From the NCBI GenBank assembly GCA_002721365.1, contig PBKC01000092.1, positions 190 through 64,189 of the forward strand: a DNA stretch of 64,000 bases, given 5' to 3'. The notes under the pieces were generated by a model. It ran no database searches, was not told the origin of the DNA, and worked only from the letters and a program-made list of their open reading frames with translations. Both the position numbers and the translations under genes were made by a program. Positions 8,676 to 18,085 of this stretch are shown here, piece after piece; positions within the stretch are counted from its first letter, which is position 1; every line of letters starts with the position of its first letter. The stretch comes from Rhodospirillaceae bacterium. GTDB taxonomy: Bacteria > Pseudomonadota > Alphaproteobacteria > GCA-2721365.

Positions 8676-10611
8676 GTTCACGCTCCACCGCCTGGCCGAG
8701 ATGCGGCTCCGGCCACAGCCATACGGCCAGGGATACGAGGATCGCGAGCAGCCCGGCTGCACCTGCCCACCACGACTGCAACAGCATTCCTGCGAACAGC
8801 AAAGTCAGTGACAGCGAGAGCAGGAACGGCATCCAGCTGTCACCCGGCATCCGCAGAATGACGTCGGGACGGCCATCCAGGGTCCCGGTCCCGAAGGTCT
8901 CGTGCCCTTCACTGAGCTCGTACCCCTGACGCACCCGCGAGCGCCGGAGGCTCTCCTGAAGCGACTCTTCCCACAATGGGTGCCGGCTCGCGACCTCGGG
9001 GATCACCACGAAGTTGTAGTGCGGCGGCGGTGAGCTGGTCGCCCATTCCAGGCTGCCGGCGCCCCAGGGGTTGGCCCCGGCCCGCCGACCGAAGCCGAGC
9101 GAAAGGGCGATATTCACCAGCAGCACCAGAATGCCGGCCGCGAGAATGAAACTCCCGACGGTCGTTACCATGTTGAGCGAATCCCAGCCGAGACCGCTCT
9201 GATAGGTGTAGATGCGGCGCGGCATGCCCAGAAGGCCGGTCACGTGCATCGGGAAGAACGCCATGTTGAAGCCGATGAACATCAGCCAGAAATTGAGCTG
9301 GCCCAGCCCTTCGTTGAGCATCCGTCCCGTCATCTTCGGCAGCCAGTAATAGAGGCCCCCCACCACAGGGAACAGGTTGATGCCGATCAGCACGTAGTGG
9401 ATGTGGGCGACGACGAAATAGGTGTCGGTAAGCTGCCAGTCGACCGGCACCGAGGCGGTCATGAACCCGGACACGCCCCCGATCACGAACATGAGGATGA
9501 AGCTGGAGAAGAACAGGAACGCCGTATTGAACACGGGGCGTCCCATCCAGATGGTGGCGATCCAGGCGAACACCGCGACGGCGCTGGGAATGGCGATGAC
9601 GATCGAGGCGCCGCTGAAGAACGACATCGAGATGTCGGGGAGGCCCGTCGCGAACATGTGGTGGACCCAGACGCCGAACCCCAGCGCCATCGTCGCTACC
9701 GTGGACAGAGCGACCGGCGTATAGCCGACCAGCGGTCGCCTGGAGAGCACCGGCAGGGCGTCCGAGACCAGGCCCATCGCCGGCAGGACGATCGCATAGA
9801 CCCAGGGATGCCCGAAGATCCAGAACAGGTGTTGCCAAAGAAGCGGCTGCCCGCCCGCATCGACCTGAAAGAAGGCCGTGTCGAAGTTCCGGTCGAACCA
9901 CAGCAGCAGGAAAGCGAGACTCACCGCCGGGATGACGAGCACGTTGGCCACCGAAGCGGTCAGCGTCCCCCAGATCAGGATCGGCACCCGGTTGATCGAC
10001 ATGCCGGGGGCACGGAGCCGCATCACCGTGACGATGAAGTTGACGGCGCCCACGGTCGTCGAAATGCCGAGCAGGATCAGGCCGAGCGACAGGATGTCGA
10101 TGTTCGGTCCCGGATTGAACTCGCGCGCGGCATAGGGGACGTAGTTGAACCAGCCGTTGTTCGGCATCACCCCCCAGCCGAAGCTCGCATAGATGAAGAT
10201 GCCGGCGAACAGGAACACCCAGTAGGAGAGAGCGTTGAGCCGCGGGAACGCCATGTCCCGCGCCCCGATCAGCAGCGGCCACAGATAGTTGCTGAACCCG
10301 GAGAGGATCGGCCCGGCGTAGAGGAAGATCATCGTCACGCCGTGCATGGTGAAGAGCTGGTTGTAGAGCTCCGGCGTCAGCAAGGTCCGGTCGGGACCGG
10401 CGAGCTGCATGCGCATCACCAGCGCTTCGACCCCGCCGAGCAACAGGAAGACGAACGCCGTCACCAGATAGCGGATGCCGATCTTCTTGTGGTCGACGGT
10501 GGTGAACCACGCCGCGATCCCGCCCGATTCCGCCCATGTCTCATCCAGCCGCCGGCGGACGGCGGGGTCGGTATCATCGACGATTCCGGGCACGCGCGAG
10601 AGTTCGGCCAC
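8668..10611 (-). CDS. ctaD: Cytochrome c oxidase subunit I
   Basis: Canonical subunit I motifs (WFTTVDHKKIGIRYL, GHPWVY, HHMF, FWIFGHP). The probable GTG start at 10611 lies 4 nt after the ctaC stop. Confidence 0.9.
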   Translation of the reverse strand: MAELSRVPGIVDDTDPAVRRRLDETWAESGGIAAWFTTVDHKKIGIRYLVTAFVFLLLGGVEALVMRMQLAGPDRTLLTPELYNQLFTMHGVTMIFLYAGPILSGFSNYLWPLLIGARDMAFPRLNALSYWVFLFAGIFIYASFGWGVMPNNGWFNYVPYAAREFNPGPNIDILSLGLILLGISTTVGAVNFIVTVMRLRAPGMSINRVPILIWGTLTASVANVLVIPAVSLAFLLLWFDRNFDTAFFQVDAGGQPLLWQHLFWIFGHPWVYAIVLPAMGLVSDALPVLSRRPLVGYTPVALSTVATMALGFGVWVHHMFATGLPDISMSFFSGASIVIAIPSAVAVFAWIATIWMGRPVFNTAFLFFSSFILMFVIGGVSGFMTASVPVDWQLTDTYFVVAHIHYVLIGINLFPVVGGLYYWLPKMTGRMLNEGLGQLNFWLMFIGFNMAFFPMHVTGLLGMPRRIYTYQSGLGWDSLNMVTTVGSFILAAGILVLLVNIALSLGFGRRAGANPWGAGSLEWATSSPPPHYNFVVIPEVASRHPLWEESLQESLRRSRVRQGYELSEGHETFGTGTLDGRPDVILRMPGDSWMPFLLSLSLTLLFAGMLLQSWWAGAAGLLAILVSLAVWLWPEPHLGQAVEREHG

Positions 10612-10615
10612 GTCG

Positions 10616-11653
10616 CTACTCCAAGGTCTCCAGATAGGCCACGATGTCCATGAGGGTCTGCCCCTCGAGATCGAGCGTCGGCATGCGGTTGCCGGGTTTG
10701 AAGGTCTGGGCGTCCTCGATCCATGCGGTGAGGTTCGCCGGCGTGTTTTCGAGGGTGCCGGCGGCGATGGTGCGGCGGCTCGCCACATGCGTCAGATCGG
10801 GTCCGACCGCGCCGCCGGCGGGCGTTCCGCGCACGGTGTGGCAGGCCGAGCAGTTCCGCATGAAATCCTCGCGTCCCCGGGCCGCGTCCTCCGCGATATC
10901 GTCGGAGGCCGGTGCGAGCTGCGCCTCGCGCCACGCCTCGAACTCGTCCTCCGGGCTCGCGATCACGAACAGACCCATCTTGGCGTGCTGGAGCCCGCAA
11001 TACTCGGCGCACTGGCCGCGATAGACGCCGGGCTCGGATGCTTCGATCCAGGTACGGTTGGTGCGGCCGGGGATGACGTCGGTCTTCCCGCTCAGCGCCG
11101 GCACCCAGAACGAGTGGATGACGTCTCCACCCACCAGCCGCACCCGGACCGGGCGGCCGACGGGAATATGGATCTCGTTGGCCGTCGTGAAGATCTCGTC
11201 CGGGCTGTCGCCCAGATAGCGCACCTCCCACCACCACTGATGGGCGTCGACCTCGATCGTGAGCGCCGTGTCCTCATCGGGCTCCATGACCGCCGACAGC
11301 GTGGTCATGGTCCAGACCACGGTGCCGAACAGCACGACGGTCGATATGCCGACGCCGATCGAAATCCAGGGGAGCCCATTGCCCTCCCGCGACACCGGGA
11401 GCCGTGCCGGATCATGCGCCCAGCCGCCCGGCCGCCGCCGGAACAGCGCGCCGAGCAGAAGCGCCGTGATCACGATGACGACGATCACCGAGATCGCCAG
11501 CACCCCCCAGGTGAGGTTGACCACGGGGAAGGCCCGGTCGCCATAGCCTGTGAGGAAATTCATCGGCAGGGACTGCGTTGCCTCGGCCGCCGCCGCGCCG
11601 GGGACGGAGTCCACGGCCGCGAGTGTGCCCCCGAGGAAAGCCGACCGCATCAT
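10616..11653 (-). CDS. ctaC: Cytochrome c oxidase subunit II with C-terminal cytochrome c domain (caa3-type)
   Basis: CuA motif (H..CAEYCGLQHAKM) plus a C-terminal CxxCH heme c site (CSACHTVRG). The start MMRSAFLGG at 11653 follows a signal/TM region. Confidence 0.85.
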   Translation of the reverse strand: MMRSAFLGGTLAAVDSVPGAAAAEATQSLPMNFLTGYGDRAFPVVNLTWGVLAISVIVVIVITALLLGALFRRRPGGWAHDPARLPVSREGNGLPWISIGVGISTVVLFGTVVWTMTTLSAVMEPDEDTALTIEVDAHQWWWEVRYLGDSPDEIFTTANEIHIPVGRPVRVRLVGGDVIHSFWVPALSGKTDVIPGRTNRTWIEASEPGVYRGQCAEYCGLQHAKMGLFVIASPEDEFEAWREAQLAPASDDIAEDAARGREDFMRNCSACHTVRGTPAGGAVGPDLTHVASRRTIAAGTLENTPANLTAWIEDAQTFKPGNRMPTLDLEGQTLMDIVAYLETLE

Positions 11654-11729
11654 GCCGGAACGTGCGGTTTCCGCCGGGACCACCCGGCATGGCCGATGAG
11701 CGGAGAGTTCGGCACGCCCTTGGCCTCCG

Positions 11730-12620
11730 TTACTCCTCGGGTCCGGTCGGGAAGGTGCTGGGGAAGTTCTTGGCGATCTCGGTCGCGCCCGGGCTGCAGG
11801 TCGGATGGCCGTAGCCGCTGGCGCTCTTGGTCTGTCCGCTGCCGGGATCGACCGAGAGGTCGTAGATGATGTTGTCGTCACCGTCGGGGCTGACGCCCTT
11901 CGGCACGTTGTCGAGATTGAGGGTGTGGCGGACCTTCCAGGCGATGACGTGGTCGGTGCAGGACTGATCGCCGCTCAGTCCGAGCCCGCCGATCAGATCG
12001 CCCTTGGGCGTATAGAGCGCGAGGCCGCCTGCGAACAGGGTGATGCCGCCGATGCGCTGACCGACGATGGGGTCGGCTTCGGTTCCCCACGACGTCGCCG
12101 GGCCGCGGTAGACCGCTTCGGGACGGATCGGGTTGCTGGTCTCCAGGCCGTATAGGCTGTTCCTCGGCATCGACGGCCAGAACAGGTTGGCGGTCGAAAG
12201 GGCGAAGCCCTTCAGGCTGAAGGCGTTGGCTGTAAAGGCCTTGCTGGCGGCGATCGCCCGGCTGCCGGGCCACTGCGCGTCGAAGCTGTCGCCGGAATGC
12301 GCGACGGTGCAGACGGCCCCCGACCGGTCGACGACGACCGCCCACATGTTGTTCCCCAGGCCGCCATTGGTCTCGGTATCGCCGGGCGTGACGATCTTCT
12401 TGAGGGCCGCCGCCAGTGCCCGGTGGTCGGGCAAGCCGGAACAGTCGATGTCGCTCGCGGGGGCGGGACGTTCGGCAGGCGCCTGCGTGGCTTCATCGTC
12501 CGCGGATTGCGCCTGGGCTGGAGGCGTCGAACTCAGTGCAGCAAAGACCACAGCCGCAGCGACTGCCCCTGCCAGACGGCCAGGAAACGAATGGGCGCGA
12601 CGGCGGCGAAAAGAAAGCAT
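11730..12620 (-). CDS. Secreted GlcG/HbpS-like (DUF336) domain protein, enlarged
   Basis: Signal peptide (MLSFRRRRAHSFPGRLAGAVAAAVVFAALSSTPPAQA). DUF336-type motifs (NMWAVVVDRSGAV...GSRAIAASKAFTANAFS and GGLALYTPKGDLIGGLGLSGDQSCTDHVIA). RBS GGGGG before the ATG at 12620. Co-oriented downstream of the cytochrome c gene. Confidence 0.5.
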   Translation of the reverse strand: MLSFRRRRAHSFPGRLAGAVAAAVVFAALSSTPPAQAQSADDEATQAPAERPAPASDIDCSGLPDHRALAAALKKIVTPGDTETNGGLGNNMWAVVVDRSGAVCTVAHSGDSFDAQWPGSRAIAASKAFTANAFSLKGFALSTANLFWPSMPRNSLYGLETSNPIRPEAVYRGPATSWGTEADPIVGQRIGGITLFAGGLALYTPKGDLIGGLGLSGDQSCTDHVIAWKVRHTLNLDNVPKGVSPDGDDNIIYDLSVDPGSGQTKSASGYGHPTCSPGATEIAKNFPSTFPTGPEE

Positions 12621-12664
12621 AAGGACCCCCTGAAATCTTAGACGCGGACGCGAAGGGCGCCCGT

Positions 12665-13012
12665 TCAGCGTTTGTCGGCCACCTTCTGTTCGAGGCCGCC
12701 GAAATAGGCCGCAAGATCGGCGATGTCGTCGTCCGAAAGCGTCTGGGCGATCGGGCTCATCACCGGGTCGTAGCGCTTGCCGCTTCGGAAGTGCTCGAGC
12801 TGCAGGCTGAGATAGCCGGCGTTCTGCCCTGCCAGATTGGGAAAGGTCGGGTTGTCGGTGACGCCGCCATAGCCATGGCAGGCGACGCACTGCATGGACT
12901 TCTCAAGGCCGCGACCGGAGTCGCCCCCCGGCGGGTCGGCTGCCGCGAAGCTTGGCAGCGCGGTTGCAGCCACCAGAAGTCCCACTCCCATCGCGCTCAG
13001 TTTCGAATGCAT
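12665..13012 (-). CDS. Class I mono-heme cytochrome c (c550/c552-like), probable electron acceptor for the quinoprotein dehydrogenase
   Basis: Signal peptide plus a CVACHG heme site and the class I fold pattern (PNLAGQNAGYLSLQLEHFRSGKR...LSDDDIADLAAYF). Divergent from the PQQ-ADH gene. Confidence 0.8.
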   Translation of the reverse strand: MHSKLSAMGVGLLVAATALPSFAAADPPGGDSGRGLEKSMQCVACHGYGGVTDNPTFPNLAGQNAGYLSLQLEHFRSGKRYDPVMSPIAQTLSDDDIADLAAYFGGLEQKVADKR

Positions 13013-13216
13013 CTTCGCTTCCTATCCGAGGCGCAGTTCACCTATGTCCGAGCAACGAACGGATTGCGGGATGGGTTCGGCGACCAGGGAGGGGTTCGGC
13101 TGAGGAGAGTGCAGAGCCGACATGCGCAAACCCGATGGCTAGGCCGTGCGTTGACCGGATGAGATCGGGCCACCCAGCCAATCGGCCCGGCATCGGCGAT
13201 TCTGGAGGAGGTCCAT

Positions 13217-15127
13217 ATGTTGATCAGCGACGCATCCGGCAGCCGGCAGCAATCTGCGGCGGGTGGCCGCGCGTCGAACTCGGTGCTGCGTCCCCTCTGC
13301 GCAGTAGGCGCGCTGGTCTTGGCTGCTTTCGTTGCGCCGATGGCCGCCCACGCCGCCGACGACCTGATCGATCTGTCGCAAGACGATGCCCAATGGGTGA
13401 TGCCAGCCAAGAACTATGCGTCGACCCGGTTCAGCGGGCTGGAAAACATCACGCCGGAGAACGCCAAGCAGCTTCAGGTCGCATGGACCTTCTCGACCGG
13501 CATCGCCACGGGGCACGAAGCTGCGCCGCTGGTGGTGGGCGACACGATGTACGTGGTCACGCCCTGGCCGAACCTTCTCTACGCTCTCGACACGACCGAC
13601 GGTGCGCTCAAGTGGACCTATGATCCTAAGGTCGAACGGGCGGCCAAGGGCGTGGCCTGCTGCGATGTCGTCAATCGCGGCGCCGCCTTCTACGCCGGCA
13701 AGATCTTCTACAACACGCTCGACAACCACACGGTGGCGGTCGACGCGAATACCGGTGAGGAGATCTGGAAGACCCGCCTCGGCGACATCAACCGCGGCGA
13801 GACCATCACCATGGCGCCGCTGGTGGTGAAGGGAAAGGTGCTGGTCGGAAACAGCGGCGGGGAGATGGGCGTCCGCGGCTGGCTCACCGCCCTCGACGCC
13901 ACCAACGGCAAGATCGCCTGGCGCGCCTATTCGACGGGCCCGGACGAAGACGTCCTGATCGGCGACGACTTCAAGCCCTTCTATGATTCGGACAAGGGCA
14001 AGGACCTGGGAGTGAAGACCTGGCCGCCGGGCCGCTGGGAGATCGGCGGCGGCACCGTCTGGGGGTGGATCTCCTACGATCCCGATCTCGACCTCATCTA
14101 TTACGGCACCTCCAATCCGGGTCCCTGGAACCACAACCAGCGGCCGGGCGACAACAAGTGGTCGGTGACCTTGTTCGCCCGCGACCCGGACGACGGCAGC
14201 GCCAAATGGGCGCATCAGATCGAGCCCCACGACCTTTACGACTATGACGGGATCAACGAGAACCTGTTGCTCGACCTCGATATGGGCAACGAAGCGCGGA
14301 AGGTCCTCGTTCGGCCCGAACGCAACGGCTACATGTACGTCTACGATCGGAAGACCGGGGAAATCCTGTCGGCAGAACCCTACGAGCACATCACGTCGAC
14401 CCAGGGCGTCGATCTGAAGACCGGCCACCCGATTCGCACCCCGGGGATGGAGCCGGGGCCGGACAAGGTTCTCCGCGACATCTGCCCGGCCGCGCCGGGC
14501 GGCAAGGACTGGCAGCCTTCGGCCTATTCACCGAAGACCGGGCTGATGTATGTGCCCCACCAGCATCTCTGCATGGACATGAAGGTCGCCACGACCAGCT
14601 ATATCGCCGGCACGCCGTATGTCGGCGCCGAGGTCGAGATGTATGGCGGGCCCGGCGACTACCGCGGCGAGTTCATGGCCTGGGACCCCGTGAAGGGGAA
14701 GAAAGCCTGGGCGATCGAGGAAGAGTTCCCGGTGTGGAGCGGTACCGTCGTCACCGCCGGCAACGTCGCCTTCTACGGCACGATGGACCGCTGGTTCAAA
14801 GCGGTCGACGCGACCACGGGCAAGCTGCTGTGGAAGTTCCGGACCGGGTCCGGGATCATCGGCCAGCCGATCGTCTATAGCGGACCGGACGGGCGCGAAT
14901 ACGTCGCGGTGCTGTCAGGCGTCGGCGGATGGCCGGGGGCGATCGTCCCGGCAGGACTCGATCCCAACGTCCCCTTCGGCGCGCTGGGTTTCGTGGGCGC
15001 CATGCAGGACCTGCCGAAGAAGACCGCGGCGGGCGGCATGCTTTACGTCTTCGGGCTGCCCGAGGACCGGACGGCGACCGCGCAGGTGGCGCCTACGGAC
15101 GAACAGGCCGAGAAGCGCACCCAATGA
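13217..15127 (+). CDS. PQQ-dependent alcohol/methanol dehydrogenase (type I quinoprotein ADH / XoxF-ExaF-like)
   Basis: Signal peptide, eight-bladed propeller W-motifs and the vicinal disulfide CC (VACCDVVNRGAAFY). The catalytic Asp region reads HDLYDYDG (D-x-D). The length of 636 aa fits the family. The antisense ORF 13139-14428 is rejected. Confidence 0.9.
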   Translation: MLISDASGSRQQSAAGGRASNSVLRPLCAVGALVLAAFVAPMAAHAADDLIDLSQDDAQWVMPAKNYASTRFSGLENITPENAKQLQVAWTFSTGIATGHEAAPLVVGDTMYVVTPWPNLLYALDTTDGALKWTYDPKVERAAKGVACCDVVNRGAAFYAGKIFYNTLDNHTVAVDANTGEEIWKTRLGDINRGETITMAPLVVKGKVLVGNSGGEMGVRGWLTALDATNGKIAWRAYSTGPDEDVLIGDDFKPFYDSDKGKDLGVKTWPPGRWEIGGGTVWGWISYDPDLDLIYYGTSNPGPWNHNQRPGDNKWSVTLFARDPDDGSAKWAHQIEPHDLYDYDGINENLLLDLDMGNEARKVLVRPERNGYMYVYDRKTGEILSAEPYEHITSTQGVDLKTGHPIRTPGMEPGPDKVLRDICPAAPGGKDWQPSAYSPKTGLMYVPHQHLCMDMKVATTSYIAGTPYVGAEVEMYGGPGDYRGEFMAWDPVKGKKAWAIEEEFPVWSGTVVTAGNVAFYGTMDRWFKAVDATTGKLLWKFRTGSGIIGQPIVYSGPDGREYVAVLSGVGGWPGAIVPAGLDPNVPFGALGFVGAMQDLPKKTAAGGMLYVFGLPEDRTATAQVAPTDEQAEKRTQ

Positions 15128-15996
15128 GCGCGCTCCTGCGATCCGCTGCGAGCATCCTCGCCGCCAGCGTCGTCGCCCTGGGTTGGGCCAGCGCGGCCGA
15201 GGCCGCACCGCAACCGCTCAAGGTCTGCGCCGACCCCAACAACCTGCCCTTCTCGAATTCCGCCGGCGAAGGCTTCGAGAACCGCATCGCCGACATCGTT
15301 GCCGCCGATATGGGCCGGACCGTCGAATACACCTGGTGGGCGCAACGGCGCGGTTTCCTCCGCAACACGCTCAAGAAGGGTAAGTGCGACGTGGTGATGG
15401 GGGTGCCGATCGACCTCGACATGCTGGCGACGACCCGGCCCTACTACCGGTCGCGTTATGTCTACGTCTACCGGACGGACAGCGGCCTCGACCTTCATTC
15501 GATGCGGGACCCGCGGCTCCGCGATCTCCGTATCGGCGTCAATCTGGTCGGCGACGACGGCACCAACCCGCCGCCCGCTCACGCCCTGGGGCGTCAGGGC
15601 ATCGTCGACAACGTCGTCGGTTACCTGGTCTACGGCGACTACAAGGACGCCGCGCCGGGCCGCCCGATCATCGATGCGGTGGCGGACGGACAAATCGACG
15701 TCGCCGCGGTCTGGGGACCGCTCGGTGGCTATTTCGCCCGCGAGGAACCGACACCCCTTACCATCGCACCCATAACCGATGGCGACAGCTTCGCGCCGCT
15801 GACGTTCGCGTTCTCCATCGGCATGGGGGTCCGGAAGGGCGACGACGATCTGCGCCGCACGCTGGACGACGTCATTGCGCGCCGGCACCAAGACATTCAG
15901 GCAGTGCTCCGCGACTACGGCGTCCCCCTCGCAGGGGCGGGAGAAGACCCGCAGACGCTGCGGTCGGTGGACTTTCAGGAAGGGAAAGGGCGATGA
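15124..15996 (+). CDS. Quinoprotein dehydrogenase-associated periplasmic substrate-binding protein (MxaJ/XoxJ-like, SBP family 3)
   Basis: Signal peptide. The ATG overlaps the ADH stop (ATGA at 15124-15127). The conserved position immediately downstream of a PQQ-ADH is typical of MxaJ/XoxJ-like proteins. Confidence 0.7.
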   Translation: MSALLRSAASILAASVVALGWASAAEAAPQPLKVCADPNNLPFSNSAGEGFENRIADIVAADMGRTVEYTWWAQRRGFLRNTLKKGKCDVVMGVPIDLDMLATTRPYYRSRYVYVYRTDSGLDLHSMRDPRLRDLRIGVNLVGDDGTNPPPAHALGRQGIVDNVVGYLVYGDYKDAAPGRPIIDAVADGQIDVAAVWGPLGGYFAREEPTPLTIAPITDGDSFAPLTFAFSIGMGVRKGDDDLRRTLDDVIARRHQDIQAVLRDYGVPLAGAGEDPQTLRSVDFQEGKGR

Positions 15997-16628
15997 AACC
16001 CCGTTCGAAGGCTCTCGCAGGATTGTTGTGGGGGCTGGTGGTGGTGGCGCCACTCACCGGCTGCGACGATTTCGGCAAAGACACGCGGACGGAAAGCCAT
16101 GCTGACGACGCCGACGGCACGGCGGTCAAGAAGGTGCTCCTGGTTCCGACCGACGGGATCGACGGCAAGAGCGTCTTCGCCGACCGGGAACCCGGCAAAG
16201 GTGGCCGCGAGATCCTGGTCCCTGCAACCTCGCTCACGCCCGGCACCGCCGGTGTCGAAGCGGCGATCGCCAACCCCTACGACGATGCGGACGCCGTCGC
16301 CGCGGGCGAGCGGCATTTCGCCGCCTTCAACTGCAGTGGCTGCCATGCGGCGCTGGGCGGTGGAGGTATGGGCCCGCCCTTGAGCGACGACACGTGGATC
16401 TATGGCGACGAGCCGGCGCAGATCTATCTCAGCATCATGCACGGACGCCCGGACGGTATGCCCGCCTGGGGCGCCATGCTGCCGGAGCGGACGGCCTGGG
16501 AATTGGTCGCCTACATCAAGTCGTTGAGCAAGATCGACAACTACGCCGCCAAGCTCGGCTTCAACGAGAACGTCGACGGCTACCGCCCCGGCAACGAACC
16601 GGCGGAGCAGGAGACAAAGAAGGACTGA
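15993..16628 (+). CDS. Lipoprotein c-type cytochrome (XoxG/c-L-like)
   Basis: The lipoprotein signal ends ...LTGC. CSGCH heme-binding site. The start overlaps the SBP stop (ATGA 15993-15996). Confidence 0.7.
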   Translation: MKPRSKALAGLLWGLVVVAPLTGCDDFGKDTRTESHADDADGTAVKKVLLVPTDGIDGKSVFADREPGKGGREILVPATSLTPGTAGVEAAIANPYDDADAVAAGERHFAAFNCSGCHAALGGGGMGPPLSDDTWIYGDEPAQIYLSIMHGRPDGMPAWGAMLPERTAWELVAYIKSLSKIDNYAAKLGFNENVDGYRPGNEPAEQETKKD

Positions 16629-16882
16629 GTCGGCCTCGCCGGCCGGCGCCTGCATCCCGCGCAGGTCACACGTCCCAGCAGTACGGCCGGAGCGATGCGC
16701 TCGTCTTCGGTCGCGCCGGTCCATCGCCGCCCGTCAGGTCGAGCCCCTAACAGGATCAAGATTCGAGCCGCTCCGGGGGGACGCGCGTTCCTGTCTCGAT
16801 GGTATTCGAGGACGAGCGGCGAGATGCCCGAAGGATGTAACAGCCCCGCGACTGACGACCCGCGGCTGAGAAAAGGGTCGCT

Positions 16883-18085
16883 ATGACCCTCGCTTGCCGC
16901 GATTGCGGGACCCTTCAGGACTTCAGGTCCTTGCCGGCGGGCTCGGTCGCCTCGTGCGCCGCATGCGGCAACACGCTGTCACGCTCGACAGGTCGCAGCA
17001 TCGGCGCCGGTTTTGCGCTGTCGCTCAGTGTGCTCTGCCTCTATATCGTCGCCCTGTCGCTGCCGTTTCTCCGGGCCAGCGTGCTGGGGCTCGAACAGGA
17101 GACGCGGATCGGCTCGATCGTGCCGCTGCTGCTCGACACCCGGTGGGTCCTGGTAGCGCTCGGCATCGGCGCTTTCATCGTCGTCTTCCCCGTCGTTCGC
17201 TTCGCTCTGCTGACTCTGGTGCTGGGCACGCTTCTTGGCGAAAGGCGGCCGGAATGGTTGGGCCGCGCCTTCCGCTGGGCCACGTCGCTCGACCTGTGGT
17301 CGATGCCGGACGTCCTCCTGATCGGATTCTTCGTCGGCTACACCCGCGTCGCCCAGCGCCTGACCGCGGAAATCGGCACGGGCGGATGGTGTTTTCTCGC
17401 CGCAGCCGGGCTGGCGATGGTCGCGCACGCCACCATTGACCGGCAGATGGTCTGGAACGCCATCGCCCCAAACCGACCCAGCCCGCGGGGCGAGAAGGTG
17501 ATCGCCTGCACGACCTGCGACCTGGCGGTCCCCAAATCGGCCGAAGGCGATCCTTGTCCGCGCTGCGGGGCACGGCTCTATGCACGGAAGCCGGATTCCC
17601 TCACCCGCACCACGGCACTGATCGTCGCCGGTCTCGTTCTGTACCCGATCGCCAACATCTGGCCGATGAGCGTCGTGACGCGGCTCGGCGAAAGCGAGGG
17701 CCGCACCATCCTCTACGGCGTTACGGAACTGGTGAAGGAAGGCATGTGGCCCTTGGCGGCGATCATCTTCTGCACCAGCATCGCCATTCCGCTGCTGAAG
17801 CTGCTGGCCATCGGCTGGTTCCTGCTGGCCACGCGTTTCGGCTGGCGGCGCGGCCTGTCGGTGCGGACGAAGCTCCACAGACTGATCGACGGTGTCGGCC
17901 GCTGGTCCAATGTCGACATCATGATCATCGCGGTCTTCGCCCCGCTGATGCAGTTCGGCGCCATCGCCACCGTCCATTTCGGCATCGGTGCGGCCTGCTT
18001 CTTCGCCGTGGTGATCCTGACGATGCTGGCGTCGCTGTCCTTCGACACGCGGCTGATGTGGGATGCGGTGGAGCAGCGGCGATGA
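16883..18085 (+). CDS. pqiA: Paraquat-inducible protein A (PqiA), duplicated zinc-ribbon/membrane domain
   Basis: Two repeats, each carrying CxxC...CxxC zinc-ribbon pairs (CRDCGT...CAACGN; CTTCDL...CPRCGA) followed by TM segments. Confidence 0.8.
   Translation: MTLACRDCGTLQDFRSLPAGSVASCAACGNTLSRSTGRSIGAGFALSLSVLCLYIVALSLPFLRASVLGLEQETRIGSIVPLLLDTRWVLVALGIGAFIVVFPVVRFALLTLVLGTLLGERRPEWLGRAFRWATSLDLWSMPDVLLIGFFVGYTRVAQRLTAEIGTGGWCFLAAAGLAMVAHATIDRQMVWNAIAPNRPSPRGEKVIACTTCDLAVPKSAEGDPCPRCGARLYARKPDSLTRTTALIVAGLVLYPIANIWPMSVVTRLGESEGRTILYGVTELVKEGMWPLAAIIFCTSIAIPLLKLLAIGWFLLATRFGWRRGLSVRTKLHRLIDGVGRWSNVDIMIIAVFAPLMQFGAIATVHFGIGAACFFAVVILTMLASLSFDTRLMWDAVEQRR

Noticed and set aside
8909-10653. 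Two long ORFs (542 aa minus-strand alternative frame, 469 aa plus strand) overlapping ctaD
   Set aside because: Both overlap the unmistakable cytochrome oxidase subunit I frame. Their compositions are Arg/Asp/His-rich and they lack domains. They are frame artefacts.
13139-14428. 429-aa minus-strand ORF inside the PQQ-ADH gene
   Set aside because: Antisense to a gene with diagnostic propeller and CC-disulfide motifs. No features of its own.
15043-16724. Several ORFs (336 aa minus, 414 aa plus in another frame, 249 aa minus) over the SBP/cytochrome c genes
   Set aside because: They overlap signal-peptide-bearing, start/stop-coupled genes. The 414-aa ORF is mostly a frame-shifted Arg/Pro-rich read-through that only joins the real cytochrome frame at its end.
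16629-16882. Possible tRNA in intergenic gaps (16.6 kb, 41.8 kb, 62.8 kb)
   Set aside because: No GTTCGANTC T-loop or cloverleaf-compatible segment could be recognised by eye. This cannot be excluded without a tRNA scan.
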